From the human T2T-CHM13v2.0 reference genome, Homo sapiens: a stretch of 64,000 nucleotides of DNA. Of the stretch, positions 58,419 through 64,000 are shown one piece after another. Both the position numbers and the translations under genes were made by a program. The stretch lies in the NCBI RefSeq assembly GCF_009914755.1, contig NC_060944.1. One strand, given 5' to 3'. Below the pieces are notes generated by a model. The model was not told where the DNA came from and did not search any database. It was given only the letters and a program-made list of their open reading frames with translations. Each line of letters starts with the position of its first letter. Positions within the stretch are counted from its first letter, which is position 1.

Positions 58419-61377
58419 TTATAAAATGCAGACACTCCTAAGCCTAGAAAAAAAGCTCACATATTCATTCATTCAACAAATTGTGGTTGTATCCCAGGCA
58501 ATGAGAATGCAGTCCTGCCTCCCTGCAGGAGCTCAGTCCAGACTGAGTGCCCCGCCAAGGAATTCCGCTGTTACACAGGAGGCAGTCAGTAGCCACAAAG
58601 AAATGCCAAGAACAGGAGTGCCACAATCAGATGCTAGCACTGGACAGCCATTCTGGGTGCAGCAGGAGAGTGGATGGGTGGGGTAAAGGAATGACCCTTT
58701 GGCACACGAGGAGACAGGAGCTGGGCAAAGGTGTTAACAGTGGTCTGGGAAAGACAGTCAGCTTCAGGAGAGAGCAATGATGTGGACTTAATGCCCCCTG
58801 AAGATTGTCTGGATGGGAGCTCTGTGGTGAGTACAGCGGGGAGATGCCATCACAGCACAGCAGGGGGCACGGGAGTAAAGTGTCCAGGCTGGGTTTCTCA
58901 GCTGGGAAGCTGGGTGGATGGAGGTGCCAGTCCCAAAGAGACTGGCAGGAGGTAGGGGTGGAATGTTTGTAAGCCAATTCAAAATGTGTTTGACCCACAG
59001 AAATCATCCAAAAAAGGAAGGTTTACTTTGCCAGGCTAGTCCAGGAAGTTTATTTAACTGTAAATACTACTGACCTAGAAAACCTATGATTTGCACAGGT
59101 CCAGCTGTCTGTCCCTGGGGACCTCAGAGCCCAGCTTCCCCCTGCTACCCTCCTGTTGCCCAGCTGAGATGTAGCTCTCCTCTCCATGCTACCCCCATCC
59201 TCTAAGGAAGCCTGTAATAAGACGGGGACACCAGCTGGAAATGCTCTTGTCTGACTGGCTCGTCTCTGATCTATTTACGTGCAGGGGGCTGCCTAAATAG
59301 TTCTTGCCTAAATGGTTCTTACAGATGAAGAGTTCTACTGGAAGTACTAGTCTACCTTACCAACATTTTTTCCTTTGGCTTATTAAAATAGATACTCTAA
59401 TGGCCTATTTTTAATGCAAAATTTAATTTTAAAAATCAAATGGTAAAAATCAGTTCTTGAGGACTGAATTTTTTATGGGAAAAGGATTAAAATGCTGATG
59501 ATAGTAGCAAAGCTTCATATTTTGGAACTTTTAAATATTATTTTAACTGGGAAATAAAACATGTCTTGGGAAGCTTTCTAAACTTAATAAAGTCTGGTTT
59601 TCTTTTGGGTAACTAATAGATAACAGAAGAATCTTGGCATCGTTCACCTCAGGAAATTGATCAAGTTTTTATAAAAATATCAGCAGATTAGTATACCCCT
59701 TTTGGGAACAAGATGTCCTTTCTTCTCCAAAACTATCTTAAACTAAACTCGTGGCCTTAAGTTTTGTCTCCTAAACTAACATTGTACAATCAATCAGCTA
59801 TGAAAGGAGGTTTTCTCTGCCTAACCAGATGATTTTGTCTCCAATATGCAATTGCATTTGCATTGTATTTACTGAGCAACGGACACATTTCCACACTCAA
59901 AGTCAAGTCTTACACTTGTCTTTTTGCTTGTGTTTTATTTTTACTAAGCTAAGACAATGGTATTAAAGTACTTATTTCTAAACAGTTCTCCTGAGATGGT
60001 CAGAGGTGTAGGAAGCAGGAGTGACAGAAGTCATTGCCTAGAGGTGTCAGTATCACAGCAGTGCCAGGCGAAACTGACAGCTGTGTGTGCCCACATTTCT
60101 CAAGCAGAAGTGACAGTGCATGTGCTGCTTCGTGACACCTGTCAAGCGGAGGGCACTAGCACCTGCAAAACCCCACACCTCCAATGAGAGTGTTCAGAAC
60201 TCAATTTCCCACTTACTATATCGTGTCTGGCCGCTAAGAGAACCACTTTATACTAAACCAATCGCTTTCAGAATAGTAATAAAGTTCCCCAAATTTCTGC
60301 TTTCTATTCTTTTAAAAGAAAGGTAACACACAGTTATTAATCCCCCTCCTCAATGTGTGCACACACCGTTATTTCCTCTTGTATCCAAATCTACTCCACA
60401 ATTAAAATGTGTTTTGAATACAGAAGATAATAGATTCGTGTTTCCCAGCCTTTACTGCAAGCTCCTTTACTATGAACATGAAAACTTTCCACCTACTTTC
60501 AATATTATTAGAAATTTCAAAATTAACCACTATGAAAAATAAATTCAAGTGAGTACAGTACAACATATTCTAAACACCCAAAGCTTGTCAATCTAGATTA
60601 CATCATCTCAAAAAGATGCAGCAGCCGATAGATCTAACATGACACTAGCGACCTTGAATCTGGCTGATGCCGCAAAGCCTCTAATTTTGCTTTCACTGCC
60701 TCTTCCCACAGGATGGCTCCTGTAACTCCCCAGTGCAGGTGATGCTGCTGGATGGCTCAGCCTCCACCACTCGCCTGGCCCAGCCTGGTCTTCTTAGGGC
60801 TGCCTTCTCCAGAAGGCTAAGGCTGTGGCAGCCAGAAGCACCCCGGGGATTCCAGCTGCATCTCACCTGTCCCCCAGTAGGGCGACAAGAGGAGCCAGAA
60901 GGAGCCTTACCTCTCCCCATGCCGGCCCACAGCAGAGCTCGGGCGGGTGATGTGTCTGCCAAGGTCCACACTGAAACACTCTGCAGTGTGTGCTCCTCCC
61001 ACACCCCAGGCAGGTGGTGCTGGTGACTGCTACTGTCTGCCTGGCACATATTCATGCCTGGCACTAGGTTGGGCACTTCAAACATCTTCCCTGCTAGGTG
61101 AGGTTTCTAAGAGATGTCCCTGGGGATCCTGTCCCCAGATGGATTCAAGAACAGATCCTGAGGCCACGCAGCACATTACAGCACTCCACCCAAAACGGAC
61201 CGTCCTCTCCCATTCTTTCCAGGTGCTAACACATTACAGATAACAAACCCATGTCTCTAAAATGTAAATATGGAAGGGACACAAACCCAACAAGAAAAGG
61301 GCTAACATCCCAACAGGAAAATAACTAAGGAAATAAACATGCTTCTTGAACAGTAAAAAGATGCTCAACCTTACTCA

Positions 61378-61806
<429 letters not shown>

Positions 61807-62739
61807 TCAACAGAGGGCAATTTGGTGAGTAGCCCCCTCAGCTTACCAAGGCACATCCCCTCTGACTCAAAAATCTCACTCTTGGAAATCTATCCTTCAA
61901 TTACACCTGAGTGAAACAACTTATGTGCCAGGTTATTCAGGGTAGTGCTATTTGTAATAGCAAAACATTAGAAACAGTCTAGATGTCTATCTGCAGTAAT
62001 TAAATAAATTATGGTGTATCTATACCATGGATCACTTTGCAGTTATAAAAAACAATGAAGATAATCCTTATACACTGACACAGGTATACAGAACATCATC
62101 TGTATATCAGAAAGTGAAAAGAGCAAGAACGGAGCTACAGACACAGATCTGTAGATACAGACACTTCCTTCTACAACAAAAACTGCTCCCCCTAAACAGA
62201 GACAGAGTAAACATCCCCCTATCCTAGGGCTATCAGTAATGACAGGCACAGATCTGGCTGGTGGTGCGGCTGGTTCTCCCTCTATTCCCTCAAAGTGCTA
62301 TCAGATCCAGGGATCTTCTCTGTAATTGTTCTGTATGATGCAGTATCTTTGATCACCAGTATTACTCCGCAGGAATAAAGGGGCTAGGGAGAAGAATAGG
62401 CACAATGAAAGAATATAAATGGCCAAGGAATGCTGGCAGAAGTGTTTGGCTTCACTGAAACTCAAAATTAAAGCAATCAGATACAATAAGGTCAATATAA
62501 ACTAGGCTGTTATTTATTATAGCAAAGCATTAGAAACAATCCAAAGTCCCAATGCAAGTGGAAAAGTTAGATCCATGATTTGCTATATGTCACAATTACA
62601 AGTTCTGTTTCTAATAACATTGAGATGCCACGATATGATACAAAGTTAAAGTCTTCATAAAGCAGATTGTGTGTTGATGAGAATTTTATAAAAGAACACT
62701 CAAATACTTGTCTTAAATCTCTGGAAAGAAATACATCAA

Positions 62740-63048
62740 GGCTGGGCACAGTGGCTCATGCCTGTAATCTCAGCACTTTGGGAGACCAATCACTTGAGCT
62801 CAGAAATTCGAGACCAGCCTAGGCAACATGGCAAAACCCCATTCCTACTAAAAACAACAATAACAACTAGCTGGGCGTGGTGGTGCATGCCTGTAGTCCC
62901 AGCTACCCAAGAGGCTGAAGTGGGAGGATCACTTGAGCCCAGGAGGTCAAGGCTGCAGGAAGCTATGATCATGTCACTGCACTCCAGCCTGGGTGACAGA
63001 GTGAGACCCTGTCTCAAACAACAATCACAACCAAAAAAAAAAAAAAAA
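62740..63048 (+). mobile_element. AluJ
   Basis: TSD aagaaataca. Confidence 0.93.
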
Positions 63049-63975
63049 GAAATACACCCAAAATATCAGTAAAATATTTTCTGTTACTACCAAAATAACA
63101 GAAAGTGGTGTTTTTCTGGCTAGTGAGATTTTAAATTATTTGTTTTCCTCATTTTACCATTCTGCATTTTCTGCAGTGAACTTATTTCTCTTGTAAATGA
63201 AGAAAGTTACACAAATAATGAAAAAGGGACAGAAAATACACATATGAGAACTACAAAAAAGAGGCAGAAGAACATATCAGCATTCTTGCTTCTTCCATTT
63301 CACCCCAACAATGTAGTTTGTACCGTAAAACCTAGGGAGAACTATGGATGCTTAAAAACATCCATTTTAAGGGCAATTTAAGAGGGTGGGGAATGTGACA
63401 ACTGAGTGATTACTGCCTCGAAACCTCCAATATCATATCTTCCTCCTCAAGTACTTTATCAAATCCTAGCAAGAATGAACTTTTTCTCCAATAGAATTAT
63501 GGGCTTAGATTATGGTAAAGAAATCAATCTGAAATATTTTATCTCTAATCATTAAAACTAAGAAGCCTGCCTACCTAGCTTAGGCAAATAAAAGTTAGTG
63601 GGGGTGGGGATTAGGAATTTAGAAGTGGGGATTCACCTAGAAGAAAGGAAATCTGAAGTAGTCCTGGAAGTGCAAAAGGCACAGGCAGGAATAGCAATCA
63701 GGGGTCAGAAGAGACCAAGGCTGTGGGGCAGGGAGATCACACAGAGGTTGTCACGATGATCCCAGGAAGAACTGATGCTGACCCACAGAAAGCGGAGACA
63801 GCAGGATGAAGGCAGGGGGATCACATGGGGTAGGAAAGGAAGGAAGCTTGTCAACTACTTCTGATGCATTCCTGTCACAGCATTTAGCAAGAGCAGAACA
63901 AACAAGAGGTCCTCTAAGGCCTTTTCCATGACCAAGATTCCATAAACCTGACCTCACAGAAATTAAGAGGTGAGA

Positions 63976-64000
63976 GGCCGGGCACAGTGGCTCACGCCTT
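63976..64000 (+). mobile_element. Alu 5' end (cut by the window edge)
   Basis: ggccgggcacagtggctcacgcct. Confidence 0.85.

Noticed and set aside
59290-59320. 15-bp tandem duplication tgcctaaat(a/g)gttct
   Set aside because: Ordinary slippage duplication with no further structure

Overview
Human-type (primate) genomic DNA lying entirely inside the SLC23A2 gene (SVCT2, Na+-dependent vitamin C transporter, NAT/NCS2 family), which is on the minus strand. I traced 13 consecutive coding exons (54408 down to 737), all with GT-AG boundaries and consistent phases. They total 1612 nt and cover about residues 37-573 of the 650-aa protein as I recall it; the first and last coding exons lie outside the window. 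The introns are dense in repeats: about 31 Alu or Alu-monomer copies, L1, L2/MIR relics, Tigger and hAT MITEs, and a MER77-like solo LTR. Repeat subfamily names are from remembered consensus sequences and their ends are approximate. Almost every other ORF in the track is Alu-derived, L2-derived or a chance ORF. I found no convincing new biological system. The items most worth a second look are a perfect 24-bp inverted repeat (6057-6137), two non-TE dispersed local duplications (4586/5397 and 35999/39016), a 33-bp hairpin minisatellite, a coding C9 tract, a possible in-frame tandem acceptor and closely spaced inverted Alus.
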